Positions 40,361-50,819 of a DNA stretch of 64,000 nucleotides are shown one piece after another. The notes beneath the pieces are model-generated. The model was given only the letters and a program-made list of their open reading frames with translations. It was not told the origin of the DNA and made no database searches. Made by a program: the position numbers and the translations under genes. This stretch comes from Bdellovibrionota bacterium FG-1 (GTDB lineage: Bacteria > Bdellovibrionota > UBA1018), in contig JBBCAW010000012.1 of NCBI GenBank assembly GCA_051382295.1, forward strand, positions 1 to 64,000, in the 5' to 3' direction. The first letter of the stretch is position 1. Each line of letters begins with the position of its first letter.

Positions 40361-41002
40361 TTAAAACTTCGAGCTAAGTGTATAAATATGTCGAATATCG
40401 ATGTGTTGAAAGCGCAAGTGCTTGAGTTTCATGGCTGCAAGCTGGTGGATGAGCTTAGTTTGCCGGCTTTTATCTTGATAACGCACTTTTTTGATTTCGC
40501 TCACAATAAAGGATTCCATTTCGACCGGGTGGAAGCAGAAGCCCCTCGAAAATTCAAAACCGCCCTTGAATGGAATAATCCGGGCTTCAAAAATGTCTCC
40601 GCGTGCGAAGCCCTGATTGATTTCAGCATCGATGACAGTATGGGTTTTGTTGGAAAATAAATCCTGTACAACGAGGCCTTTGCGATTCCAGGTAAAGCGC
40701 TTTAACCGAAAAAGGGAGTGAATGGTTGAGCAAAAATCGCGATAGATATTGAGTTCTTCATTGCTGAAGCGCTCTTTATTCCTGCGAAAGTAGTATTTGA
40801 TCGGTGGAAGATCGACGCCAGGAAGGTCTCTCTCAAAGAGGTACCAATCCATGAAGATGCACATGCGTTGTTCAAATTCGACATCGTCTTCGTAGACCAC
40901 GCCCGCCTTTTCGAAATACTCTTGCTTGGCGTTGTATACCTCGCGGTAGTATTCGCCGGTCGTGAATTCTTCGATGATGGGTTCAAGATATTTCTGGTAC
41001 AT
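40361..41002 (-). CDS. Hypothetical protein, 213 aa
   Basis: Clean ORF with protein-like composition (FMDWYLFER, GFCFHP). Confidence 0.8.
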   Translation of the reverse strand: MYQKYLEPIIEEFTTGEYYREVYNAKQEYFEKAGVVYEDDVEFEQRMCIFMDWYLFERDLPGVDLPPIKYYFRRNKERFSNEELNIYRDFCSTIHSLFRLKRFTWNRKGLVVQDLFSNKTHTVIDAEINQGFARGDIFEARIIPFKGGFEFSRGFCFHPVEMESFIVSEIKKVRYQDKSRQTKLIHQLAAMKLKHLRFQHIDIRHIYTLSSKF

Positions 41003-41061
41003 GGTCCATTCTCCGGCGGCTTCCCACCGTCAAACGTACAATACTGGGTACGCAGGTGTTT

Positions 41062-42972
41062 TTAAAGACTTTTCCGATATTTTCGGATGAGTTTAAGACT
41101 TCCCAGCACAAGGGCACTTTTTTTGGATTTACCCTTGGAATGGCGTTTCCAAGGATCTCGCTCCTGCGACAGATTGAGGGCCTTCTCCACACTGATTTGA
41201 GGTTGCTCGACTAGGGTAAAGTGTTGATGTTGCACGAGTTCACGAAAGACCTCATGAAGGGCCCGCGTCGGGATTTTTTTGTGCCAGCGGATGAGATGAT
41301 TTGTAATGACTACCGCCGCGTCTCCGGTAATCCGATCGGGCTGATTGATGAGTGAGGATCTCATCATCGTTTCCAGCAAAAGCCGCTGGGTACTGGGGGC
41401 CTTGAAGTCTTGTGACGAAAGTCGACCGAGCAAGTCTCGATAGGCGGCTTGAAATTCACTGATCCGTCGCTCGCGAAAGGGAGAAATCTGTAGATCCTCG
41501 GGCCGAGCGCTACCGGAGGCCATGAGATCGGTAAAAACTTGAGATTCGAGGGTGGGGTTCCCGCCTTGTTTGATCTGTTCGAGTAGTCGTCTGGGGTATT
41601 CACGAAGTAGATCCCGCATCGAGAAAACAACATCGCGATTTTGGCCATCGGGGACTGAGTAGACCCCTTTTTTAGAGCGAACCCGTTCTAAGTAGCTGAA
41701 AATTCTCCTGAAATTCATTACTGGTTGTAGGTGCTTTTCAAGGAGAATAGTTCTATTTTTCGCGGAGAATCCCACTTTTTTCAAAAGACATTGCAGGTAA
41801 ACGAGTTCGAATTCCCGGTCAAAGATTTTCAATGCGGGATCATGCCGAAATTTTCGGATATTTTTTTTGGAACCGGTGATTAGGAAATCTCGGATTTGGG
41901 CGAAACATTGAACGATATATCGGGCTTTGATCCGCTGTTCTGGAAGGCAGGTCGAAAACCGATCGACATCGTCGTAACGGTAGTCTCCATAATACATGCC
42001 AAATTGTCGGACGGAGCCGTAGTCGATAATGCCGCCGTTGGCGAGGACGTTGTCCCCGTCCCAATCCATCCAGCAAAAGATATATTCGCTCTCAAAAACC
42101 GCCGCTGAGCGCGCGAAAGTTCGCGCGATTTCATCTGAAAAAAACCGATATTTTTCTTCACTGCCCAGGTGTTTCGGCCATTCTGAATTTTGAATCTGTC
42201 GGGCGAAGTAATAATCCACCGTGGCCTTCAGGGATTCAAGCTGACCCTGTTTGAGGTGACAAAAGAAGTGAGAGGGTCTGATCAAGTTTTGTCCCGCGCG
42301 GACATTGATTGAAGTGCCTTTTTCAGCCCCAGAAAATCCGATAATCACAAGGGTTCGCTCGGTGGCCACGTTGTTTTGATGGAAAATTTCGCTCATGAGC
42401 GCGGCGCTCATGCCTTCGTCAAGGGTATTATAACCATTTCCGTAGCCCACTCGCTTATCGCCTGTTTTGAAGTTCTTTCCGGTGAGGGCGGCCGCGGGGC
42501 TAAGGCAGGTGGCTCCGGTGCCCGAACTCGAGATGTCCCAGGTGATTCCGCTTTTGCCTCGAAATTCAGCATTCCAAATTCCTCGGCCATCGCCGGAGGT
42601 CTTACCTTGTTTATTGGGATGTTGAAGCTGGAGGTAGCGGGTCGCCATATAACGATTGGGTCGAATGTCTTTTTCGTTAAAATGGGTATTTTTGGCGATA
42701 TCGTATTCGTTGATGATCACTAGACTAAATGTATCAAGTAGTTTTCGTTCAAGCCGTTCATTCATATGGTCTGGATGATCAGGCGGAATGAGGCCCATTT
42801 CCTTGGCGAGCGGAAAGTTAAAGAAGACCACCTGGCCTCCACGGCGGGTGCGGACCTGGTATTCAACGGCCCCTGAGGGGACCGCCCTCTTGAACGAATG
42901 CTCGCCATTGAGTTTTTCGAACTCCTGATAGGGCTGCTCCCCTTGTGAAAGATTCGATTTCTGGAGTTTCAT
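41062..42972 (-). CDS. Divergent SelO/YdiU-like pseudokinase (putative AMPylase)
   Basis: SGDGRG, LMSEIFH, TERTL, DWDGDN and IIDYG align with the SelO GDGR / SEA / NTDN / IDYG motifs. Confidence 0.75.
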   Translation of the reverse strand: MKLQKSNLSQGEQPYQEFEKLNGEHSFKRAVPSGAVEYQVRTRRGGQVVFFNFPLAKEMGLIPPDHPDHMNERLERKLLDTFSLVIINEYDIAKNTHFNEKDIRPNRYMATRYLQLQHPNKQGKTSGDGRGIWNAEFRGKSGITWDISSSGTGATCLSPAAALTGKNFKTGDKRVGYGNGYNTLDEGMSAALMSEIFHQNNVATERTLVIIGFSGAEKGTSINVRAGQNLIRPSHFFCHLKQGQLESLKATVDYYFARQIQNSEWPKHLGSEEKYRFFSDEIARTFARSAAVFESEYIFCWMDWDGDNVLANGGIIDYGSVRQFGMYYGDYRYDDVDRFSTCLPEQRIKARYIVQCFAQIRDFLITGSKKNIRKFRHDPALKIFDREFELVYLQCLLKKVGFSAKNRTILLEKHLQPVMNFRRIFSYLERVRSKKGVYSVPDGQNRDVVFSMRDLLREYPRRLLEQIKQGGNPTLESQVFTDLMASGSARPEDLQISPFRERRISEFQAAYRDLLGRLSSQDFKAPSTQRLLLETMMRSSLINQPDRITGDAAVVITNHLIRWHKKIPTRALHEVFRELVQHQHFTLVEQPQISVEKALNLSQERDPWKRHSKGKSKKSALVLGSLKLIRKYRKSL

Positions 42973-43013
42973 GTTCGGCTTATCGGAAGATTTCGAATAA
43001 AATTAAAGTTCAG

Positions 43014-43688
43014 ATGACTCAATACTCATTGGTTCTCTATTCAGGTGGACAAAATCGGGCAAATGTTCGGCTTCATCAGGAATTGATTCGCTTGGCTCGT
43101 CAAAAAACTGACGGCCCCTTGCGAATGACCTACCTTCCGTTTTGTGCGGATGGATCCGAGACTTACTTTATGCGCTCCGTGAAACGGTATGCGCGATTCG
43201 GAGTGGATTCGTTTTGTTGCCTGCGCGCAGATCAGCGGCCATCGGCGAGTCAAATTCGAAGTGCGCTCAATACGCATATTGTCTATCTGGCAGGCGGAAA
43301 TACCTTCTATTTTTTACAAGCCTTGAGGCGTTCGGGATTGCTTTCATTTCTTAAGGACTTTGCGGACCAGGGTGGCATTTTCGCGGGCTTGAGCGCTGGC
43401 GCTCATATTCTGAGTCCGCATATTGGCTTAGCGGGGGCGGTCGGATTGGACCCTGATGAAAATGAAGTGGGCCTGAAAAATTTCAAGGCCCTAGGTTTAG
43501 TGCCATTTGAGGTGCTGCCGCATTTTGACAAATCCCCTGGCAAGTTGGCGGCGATTCAGAGGTATTCGCGCCGCAGCGTCTATCCCATCTATGCGTGTCC
43601 TGATGGTGCGGGAATTGTAGTCGAAAAAGGCAAAGTCCGCCCCCTTGGCCGAGGAGTTCGCCTTTATTTTGATGGTATGGAATTATAA
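43014..43688 (+). CDS. Peptidase S51 (PepE-like)
   Basis: YLAGGNTF, GLSAGA nucleophile elbow, ALGLV, LPHF. Confidence 0.9.
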   Translation: MTQYSLVLYSGGQNRANVRLHQELIRLARQKTDGPLRMTYLPFCADGSETYFMRSVKRYARFGVDSFCCLRADQRPSASQIRSALNTHIVYLAGGNTFYFLQALRRSGLLSFLKDFADQGGIFAGLSAGAHILSPHIGLAGAVGLDPDENEVGLKNFKALGLVPFEVLPHFDKSPGKLAAIQRYSRRSVYPIYACPDGAGIVVEKGKVRPLGRGVRLYFDGMEL

Positions 43689-44831
43689 ACGCCCTTTTTG
43701 CATTTCGGCGACAAATTGGTCAAAAAGTGCCACTGAGTCGTGAGGCCCAGGGCAGGCCTCAGGATGGTACTGAACCGAAAAAGCTCTCTGGCCTGAAACT
43801 CGTAAACCTTCGACGGTTTTATCGTTGAGATTGATATGGGTGATTTCCGTGTTGGCGGGAAGGGATAGCGCATCGACGGCGTAACCATGATTGTGGGAGC
43901 TAATCTCCACCCTCCGGGTATCCTGGTTCACGACGGGTTGATTACCTCCACGATGGCCAAATTTAAGTTTATAGGTTTTAGCACCCAGGGCGAGCGCAAG
44001 GATCTGATGACCCATGCATACCCCAAATAAGGCGACCTTGCCCAGCACTGCTCGGACAGTTTCTGCAACATATAATGCGGCAGAGGGATCGCCCGGACCG
44101 TTGGAGAGAAACACTCCGTCTGGATGTCGGGCTAAAATTTCTTGAGCTGAAGTTTTGGCTGGCACGACTTCGATATCGCAGCCGAGGACCTCAAGGCTGC
44201 GCAGCAAATTCCATTTGATACCCAAATCGAGCGCCACTACTTTGTAGCGCTTTCCCGTCGCAGTGGGCTGCGGGTGAGTTTTGCTAATGCTGCTCCAAAA
44301 GTAGGGCTTTTGAGTGGTCACTTCGTCGATCAGGTCACGTCCCTCGAATAAGGGCAGTTCGGCAAATAACTCTTTGGCTTTGTCCCGTTCCTGAATGGGA
44401 AGGATCATTCCGCGTAGCGCTCCCTGTGAGCGCAAGTGCTGGGTAAGGGCCCGCGTATCCACATTCATGAGACCAGGAATACCCTGTTTGATGAGGTAGG
44501 AATGGAGATCGCTCTCTGAACGCCAATGTTGACTTGTTTCAGAGTTTTCTTGAATCACAAAGCCAGCGCACCAGGGGTGAGCGCTTTCGGCATCTTGGGC
44601 ATTCACGCCCGTATTGCCGACGTGGGAAGCGGTCATGCAAACAATTTGTCCGTAATACGAGGGATCCGTGAGAATCTCTTGATAACCCGTCATCGAGGTA
44701 TTGAAAACAACTTCGCCGTAACCTCGGTCTCGGATGTTTGAAGCTGTAGCAGCTCCAAACATCAAACCTTCGAAGGAAGAGCCGTCCTCGAGGATGAGGA
44801 TGCCCGGACAAAACGGGGCCACCGCGGTCAT
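43683..44831 (-). CDS. carA: Carbamoyl-phosphate synthase small subunit
   Basis: GEVVFNTSMTGYQE, LSNGPGDP, GVCMGHQ, QYHPEACPGP. Confidence 0.97.
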   Translation of the reverse strand: MTAVAPFCPGILILEDGSSFEGLMFGAATASNIRDRGYGEVVFNTSMTGYQEILTDPSYYGQIVCMTASHVGNTGVNAQDAESAHPWCAGFVIQENSETSQHWRSESDLHSYLIKQGIPGLMNVDTRALTQHLRSQGALRGMILPIQERDKAKELFAELPLFEGRDLIDEVTTQKPYFWSSISKTHPQPTATGKRYKVVALDLGIKWNLLRSLEVLGCDIEVVPAKTSAQEILARHPDGVFLSNGPGDPSAALYVAETVRAVLGKVALFGVCMGHQILALALGAKTYKLKFGHRGGNQPVVNQDTRRVEISSHNHGYAVDALSLPANTEITHINLNDKTVEGLRVSGQRAFSVQYHPEACPGPHDSVALFDQFVAEMQKGRL

Positions 44832-46114
44832 GGATAAACCAGCCTTCCGCCCACAATGGTGTGGGCTACCTGGGTATTGAATTTTGAATTCAAAAATGGG
44901 GAGTTATGACTTTTAGAACAGATTTGATTCTTGGTGAAAACCCATTCGGTTCCCGTGCGTAAAATCGTGATATCGGCTTCCGATCCGATACGAAGAGTTC
45001 CATAAGGGAGGTTGAGGAGTTTCGCTGGAGCTCGAGTGAGGGAGTCGATCCAGCGATTCAGGGAGATCACGCCGTCTTCGACCAGTTGAAAGGTAACGGG
45101 CACTGCCGTCTGAAGGCCAATAATCCCATTAGCTGCCTGATCAAACTCGACCGCTTTATCAATCACTCCGTGGGGGGCATGGTCGGTGGCGATGATATCG
45201 ACTAGACCGCTAGCAACGGCTTGGACGAGAGCTTCGACATCTTGCGCCGAGCGAAGTGGCGGGCACATTTTGAATTGAGTGTCATATCCGCGCACGTGGC
45301 TTTCGTTGAGTGTGAGATGGTGAGGGGATGCCTCGGCTGTGACAGGAAGTCCCGCTTCTTTAGCGCGTCTCACATGTTCTAAGCCCACGATCGTAGAGAT
45401 ATGGGCGATATGAATCGGCGCACGGGTCAATCGACAGAGGGCCACTTCTCGGGCAACCATGATTTCTTCTGCGGCGGCGGGATTTCCCCTGAGGCCAAGC
45501 TCACTGGAAAGCGCACTTTCGTTGACCACCCCTTGGCCGACCAGATGAGCATCTTCGGCATGGCTGATAATCGGAATTCCAAAAGCCTTGGAGTAGTCCA
45601 TGGCCTTTCGCATGAGGTACGAATTCATGATGGACAGGCCATCGTCGCTGATTGCTTTGGCGCCTTCTGCAACCATTCCACCGATTTCGGCGAGCTCCTC
45701 ACCTTTGAGGCCTTTGGTGACGGCTCCAATAATATGAACGCGGCAAAGAGCGGACGCTCGTGCCTTTTCGCGAATGAAGGCAGTGACATAGGCGTTGTCA
45801 TTTACGGGATGGGTATTGGCCATGCAAGCAACACTGGTAAAGCCACCCGCCACTGCCGCCCTTGTTCCCGTTTCAATCGTTTCTTTGTATTCCAGGCCAG
45901 GTTCACGCAAGTGAACATGGATATCGATTAGGCCAGGGATGACGAGCAAACCCTTTGCTTCAATCACTTGTCCAGCCCGGGAAAGAGGGATTTTCCCCGG
46001 GCCGTCGATCGCGACAATTTTGCCATCTTCGACCAAAAGATCGCCCGGCGAATCGTAGTTTTGGGAAGGATCAACGATCCGGCCTTCGCGGATCAGGATA
46101 CGGGTGTCAGCCAT
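44828..46114 (-). CDS. pyrC: Dihydroorotase
   Basis: DIHVHLREPG, HAED, HIAHIS, ATDHAPH. Confidence 0.96.
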   Translation of the reverse strand: MADTRILIREGRIVDPSQNYDSPGDLLVEDGKIVAIDGPGKIPLSRAGQVIEAKGLLVIPGLIDIHVHLREPGLEYKETIETGTRAAVAGGFTSVACMANTHPVNDNAYVTAFIREKARASALCRVHIIGAVTKGLKGEELAEIGGMVAEGAKAISDDGLSIMNSYLMRKAMDYSKAFGIPIISHAEDAHLVGQGVVNESALSSELGLRGNPAAAEEIMVAREVALCRLTRAPIHIAHISTIVGLEHVRRAKEAGLPVTAEASPHHLTLNESHVRGYDTQFKMCPPLRSAQDVEALVQAVASGLVDIIATDHAPHGVIDKAVEFDQAANGIIGLQTAVPVTFQLVEDGVISLNRWIDSLTRAPAKLLNLPYGTLRIGSEADITILRTGTEWVFTKNQICSKSHNSPFLNSKFNTQVAHTIVGGRLVYP

Positions 46115-47049
46115 TGGTTTAGCCCTTCGGGATTGCAGACCGCCGCTAAGACGGCCATACGCACAAGTACTCCATTAAACACTTGATCTAAAATGACAGA
46201 ATGCGGACCATCAGCGACCTCAGGATCGAGTTCGACCCCGCGATTGACTGGGCCGGGATGCAACAAGATAGCCCCGGGTTTGAGAAGTTTGGCGCGTTCT
46301 TTATTGATACCCCAAAAATGCGCATATTCGGCCACGGACGGCACCTGCATCTTGTTTTGGCGTTCGAGTTGAATTCGAAGCGCCATGACTACGTCGGCCT
46401 CAGGGAGGAGTTCTTCCGGACGGTAGGCAAAATCGACGCCTAAACACTCAGGCTGAGGCGGCAAGAGAGTCGGTGGTCCACAAACGGCCACGCGAGCGCC
46501 GAGTTTTTTTAAAATATGAATGTTGGAGCGAGCCACCCGCGAGTGGGCGATGTCACCCAAAATGACGACGCGTTTTCCCTTGAGATCGCCCAATTTTTCT
46601 TCCATCGTAAAAGCGTCGAGCAGTCCTTGGGTCGGATGTTCGTGAAAACCATCGCCGGCATTGACCACCGGGACACGCTGGTTTTTGGCTAAAAAAAGAG
46701 GACTCCCGGCTGAAGAATGCCTTACGACAAAGCAATGAGCCCGCATCGCTTCGATATTTTTGGCCGTATCGATCAAGGTTTCTCCCTTGGCGACGCTGGA
46801 GTTCGCGACGGCGATCGAGAGCGTAGAGCCCCCCAGTCGGCGTGCTGCGAGGTCAAAGGAGTTTCGAGTGCGGGTGGAGTTTTCAAAAAACAGGGTAACC
46901 ACCGTTTTTCCCTGGAGCAGGGGGACGGTTTCTCCCCGTTCCACAAAGGGAGAAAACTTTTTTGCGGCCATCAGAAGATATCGAATCTCATTTTTGCTCA
47001 GGTCTGCGGCGGCAATTAACTGTGAGAGGCGAATAGGGGTAGGGGTCAC
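46093..47049 (-). CDS. pyrB: Aspartate carbamoyltransferase catalytic subunit
   Basis: FFENSTRT, HEHPTQ, HSRVARS, LHPGP. Confidence 0.97.
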   Translation of the reverse strand: MTPTPIRLSQLIAAADLSKNEIRYLLMAAKKFSPFVERGETVPLLQGKTVVTLFFENSTRTRNSFDLAARRLGGSTLSIAVANSSVAKGETLIDTAKNIEAMRAHCFVVRHSSAGSPLFLAKNQRVPVVNAGDGFHEHPTQGLLDAFTMEEKLGDLKGKRVVILGDIAHSRVARSNIHILKKLGARVAVCGPPTLLPPQPECLGVDFAYRPEELLPEADVVMALRIQLERQNKMQVPSVAEYAHFWGINKERAKLLKPGAILLHPGPVNRGVELDPEVADGPHSVILDQVFNGVLVRMAVLAAVCNPEGLNQWLTPVS

Positions 47050-47693
47050 TCAATCCTCCTAAACATACGGTCCAAACGAAGGGTGGGAAAATGAGCTGTC
47101 GTGATATTGGGGGCACTGGGTTGAATCGACAGCCAAATCCATTGCGCACGGCCTTTTATGTTCTCGATGCGAATCATGCCCCAGCTTCGCCGCTTTTTGA
47201 GATCCGATGGGCTCTGGGTTCTTAAATCACCGATCACAAAAACGGATCCATCGGGCACCTTCTCGGGGCCAAAGTCTTCGACTAACGGTTGTTCCCAACA
47301 AACAGGATAGGTTCGAGCGGCGATGATTTCTTGACCGCAGGGAGCGAGGGGGCGATCTCCAGCGGCGGCAAGCGGTTTGCCATTGAGCGATACGCGACCT
47401 TTGCGCACTTCGATCAAATCGCCCGCAAGGCCGACGACTCTTTTGATGTATTCGCGAGGAGGTTCGCCGGATCCCGCAAAAATCACGACATCGCCCGCCT
47501 TAACTTTGCGGTCAAAACCGATGGGCCACTTAAGTACAAATATAGTGTCACCGGGTTCAAGGGTGGGTCGCATCGCAGGGGTTGGGATACGATAGGCTTC
47601 GATAATAAAACCACGAATGAACAGCGCGACGATCACAGCCGCGAAGATCGCGATCCCGTAGTCTCGAAAGATTTTCCGGGTCGATGGTCTCAC
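47046..47693 (-). CDS. lepB: Signal peptidase I homolog lacking the catalytic Ser
   Basis: Follows lepA; YIKRVVG intact, but IPTPAMRPTL replaces IPSGSM.PTL; probable GTG start at 47693. Confidence 0.85.
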   Translation of the reverse strand: MRPSTRKIFRDYGIAIFAAVIVALFIRGFIIEAYRIPTPAMRPTLEPGDTIFVLKWPIGFDRKVKAGDVVIFAGSGEPPREYIKRVVGLAGDLIEVRKGRVSLNGKPLAAAGDRPLAPCGQEIIAARTYPVCWEQPLVEDFGPEKVPDGSVFVIGDLRTQSPSDLKKRRSWGMIRIENIKGRAQWIWLSIQPSAPNITTAHFPTLRLDRMFRRIE

Positions 47694-47706
47694 GTTTGTG
47701 CCCTCG

Positions 47707-49503
47707 TTATTCCACCTTAAGAACCGCAAGGAATGCCTCTTGCGGTATTTCAACGTTACCGATCTGCTTCATTCGTTTTTTGCCCTCTTTTTGTTTTTCG
47801 AGGAGTTTGCGTTTACGCGAGATATCGCCGCCGTAGCACTTGGCTGTCACATTTTTGCGAAGGGCGGAGATACTCTCTCGAGCGATAATCTTGGAGCCGA
47901 TAGCGGCTTGAATTGCGATTTCGAACATTTGTCGGTCGATCAACTCTTTCATTTTTTTGACGAGTTCTCGTCCACGGTGAGCAGCTTTGTCTCTGTGGAT
48001 AATCAACGAAAGGGCATCCACCGGCTCGCCATTGACCAGGATATCTAACTTGATCAGATTAGATTCACGGTAATCCGCCAGTTCGTAATCCATCGACGCA
48101 TAGCCTTTGGTGGTGCTTTTGAGGCGGTCAAAAAAGTCAAAAACCATCTCATTGAGTGGCATTTCATAATGGAGGGCCACTCGATCGGCGGTGATATAAT
48201 CCATCTTAATTTGGATTCCTCGCCGGTCGTTCAGGAGCGTCATGACCGCACCGACGTATTCCGAAGGCATATGAATGGTCATCTTGATGAAGGGCTCTTC
48301 AATTGTAACGATTTTAGTTTGATCGGGCAGCTTGGCAGGATTGTCGATCCAGATTTCCAAGCCATCCGTCTGGGTGACTTTGTAAATCACGGAGGGCGCG
48401 GTTGTGATGAGATTGAGATTGTATTCGCGTTCCAGGCGCTCCTGAACCACATCCATGTGAAGCAGACCCAAAAAGCCACATCGAAAGCCGAAGCCTAGAG
48501 CATTTGAGGTCTCGGGTTCCCAGCTGATGGCAGCATCGTTGAGTCGCAGTTTTTCGAGCGCCTCTTTGAGATCCCCGTATTGGTCCGCGTCAATGGGGTA
48601 GACGCCACAAAATACCATGGGTTTGACTTCCTTAAACCCTTCGAGCGGTTTCTGAGAAAGCTCGGCAGCATCCATGATTGTATCGCCGACACGCATATCC
48701 CGAACATCTTTGATACCGGTGACAATCGCGCCAACTTCGCCGCTCGTGAGTTCGGCCACATCGGTGTATTTGGGTGTAAAGGTTCCCACGCGTTGGACTT
48801 CAAATTCTTTTCCGACGTGAAAAAGACGGATTTTTGTGCCCTTTTTTACGCGTCCCTCCATGATCCGGCAAAGTGCGACCACACCCTGATAAGGATCAAA
48901 CCAACTATCGTAGATCATGGCTCGTAAAGGCTCGTCGTCCGCATCCTTAGGTGGAGGAAAATGATGAACAATCGCTTCAAGAATTTCGTCGATACCGATT
49001 CCAGACTTGGCGCTGCAAAAAACGGCATGGCTCGTATCCACTAGCCCTATCATTTCATCAATGTCTTTAAGGACCCGTTGGGGGTCGGCGCTCGGGAGGT
49101 CAATTTTATTAATGGCTGGAAAAACTTCGAGATTGTTGTCGAGGGCCAAGAAGACATTGGCGAGCGTTTGGGCTTCCACCCCTTGTGAAGCGTCCACAAC
49201 GAGGATGGCGCCTTCGCAGGCGGCAAGTGAGCGGGAGACTTCATAGGTGAAGTCAACATGACCCGGTGTGTCGATCAAATTGAGGACGTATTTTTGTCCA
49301 TTTTTAGCCGTATAATTGAGTCTGACGCTTTGAGCTTTGATGGTAATTCCGCGTTCGCGCTCAATATCCATATTGTCGAGGTATTGGGATTCCATCTCAC
49401 GGGCGGTGACAGTTCCCGTTCGTTCCAAAAGCCGGTCGGCTAAAGTGGATTTACCGTGGTCGATATGTGCGATAATGCAGAAATTACGGATATTTTTAGC
49501 CAT
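47707..49503 (-). CDS. lepA: Elongation factor 4
   Basis: [39 protein letters not shown]. Confidence 0.99.
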   Translation of the reverse strand: MAKNIRNFCIIAHIDHGKSTLADRLLERTGTVTAREMESQYLDNMDIERERGITIKAQSVRLNYTAKNGQKYVLNLIDTPGHVDFTYEVSRSLAACEGAILVVDASQGVEAQTLANVFLALDNNLEVFPAINKIDLPSADPQRVLKDIDEMIGLVDTSHAVFCSAKSGIGIDEILEAIVHHFPPPKDADDEPLRAMIYDSWFDPYQGVVALCRIMEGRVKKGTKIRLFHVGKEFEVQRVGTFTPKYTDVAELTSGEVGAIVTGIKDVRDMRVGDTIMDAAELSQKPLEGFKEVKPMVFCGVYPIDADQYGDLKEALEKLRLNDAAISWEPETSNALGFGFRCGFLGLLHMDVVQERLEREYNLNLITTAPSVIYKVTQTDGLEIWIDNPAKLPDQTKIVTIEEPFIKMTIHMPSEYVGAVMTLLNDRRGIQIKMDYITADRVALHYEMPLNEMVFDFFDRLKSTTKGYASMDYELADYRESNLIKLDILVNGEPVDALSLIIHRDKAAHRGRELVKKMKELIDRQMFEIAIQAAIGSKIIARESISALRKNVTAKCYGGDISRKRKLLEKQKEGKKRMKQIGNVEIPQEAFLAVLKVE

Positions 49504-49595
49504 GTGAGAGTTTCCGGCAAACTAGCAGAGCGGGTCTGTGTTCCGCAAGGATTTCTATTATTGACTTTGGCGTTCCGCTTGAGGATAGATTCAGT

Positions 49596-50744
49596 GTGTC
49601 AAATTTGAATGAAAATACCATGATTGTCAAAATTCAAGATCTTGCCCGCGGTGGAGCTGGGGTTTCCCGAGATGGGACAGGGCGCGTTGTTTTTGTGCCA
49701 TTTACGGCCCCCGGCGACGAGGTCCGAATTAGAATCGTCGAAGAAAAGAAAAATTACGCCCAAGGTGACCTGGTGGAGGTGCTCCAGCCTTCTTCAATCC
49801 GTCAAACCCCTCCCTGTCCCGTTTTTGGGCATTGTGGTGGGTGCCAATGGCAGCATCTCCCTTATGAGCTTCAGTGGAAAACCAAGTTCGAAGGGGTTTT
49901 GCACGCTCTATCACGTGCCGGGATAGAGCGCCCGTCTCAGGTCGAGTTGCTTCCGGCCGAGCAAATTTGGGAATATCGCAATCGGATCCAACTGAGAGGG
50001 TTGGGTGATCAAATTGGCTTTTATGCGGCGGGATCCAATCAACGTATTGCAGTGGATCGATGCGCCATTGCGCGGCCTGAAATTAATGCGGTTTGGGAAG
50101 ACACTCGCGAACAGGGGCGGCGGTATTCAGCGCCCTATAAGGTCGAAGTGGAGGTTCTCGAAAATGGCGAAATTCGACGAACTTGGAACTCTCCTCATGC
50201 GGCAGCCGGGTTTAGGCAAGTTCACGATGAGCAAAACCAAAAACTTCGAGCCTGGGTTCAGGGAGCGCTGACTCCCGGGAATGCTGTTTTGGATCTCTAC
50301 GGTGGTGCTGGAAATTTGTCGCTCGGTTTAGGAGCGATCGCAACCGAGGTGCGTTGTGTGGATATGGGCGCTCCCCAAAAGGAGAGAGCCGCTCAACTCG
50401 TCCCCCAATGGACCGGAACTCCTGGCTCTTACCATTTTGAGCGCGAATCCGTGGTTCGTTGGTTGGTGCGGCAGGCGGGGTCGACGCCGCGAGCCCGGTT
50501 TTCTTCAGCCTTATTAGATCCCCCACGCGAGGGGATTTCTGCGGATTTTGTGGCGATTTCGGAATCTTTGGAAACTCTAGGGGTTTCTGAGTTGGTGGCT
50601 GTCGGATGTGATCCGGACTCGTGGGTGAGGGATTTGTCGAGATTTTTGCAACGCGGCTGGAAGCTCGAAAAAGTGGCATTTTTGGACTTGTTTCCTCAAA
50701 CTCCGCATGTCGAAAGTTTGGCGCACCTGAAGCGGCTATCATAA
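49596..50744 (+). CDS. TRAM-domain RNA (uracil-5)-methyltransferase, RlmD/TrmA family
   Basis: TRAM N-terminus, CPVFGHCGGC Fe-S motif, YRNRI, LDPPR, DLFPQTPHVE. Confidence 0.9.
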   Translation: MSNLNENTMIVKIQDLARGGAGVSRDGTGRVVFVPFTAPGDEVRIRIVEEKKNYAQGDLVEVLQPSSIRQTPPCPVFGHCGGCQWQHLPYELQWKTKFEGVLHALSRAGIERPSQVELLPAEQIWEYRNRIQLRGLGDQIGFYAAGSNQRIAVDRCAIARPEINAVWEDTREQGRRYSAPYKVEVEVLENGEIRRTWNSPHAAAGFRQVHDEQNQKLRAWVQGALTPGNAVLDLYGGAGNLSLGLGAIATEVRCVDMGAPQKERAAQLVPQWTGTPGSYHFERESVVRWLVRQAGSTPRARFSSALLDPPREGISADFVAISESLETLGVSELVAVGCDPDSWVRDLSRFLQRGWKLEKVAFLDLFPQTPHVESLAHLKRLS

Positions 50745-50819
50745 GATCTTCCACTATAATGAGTTTGGCCTTTGACACCGAACGAAATGCCTTTTACCCT
50801 GATAATACAGGGGAATGCG

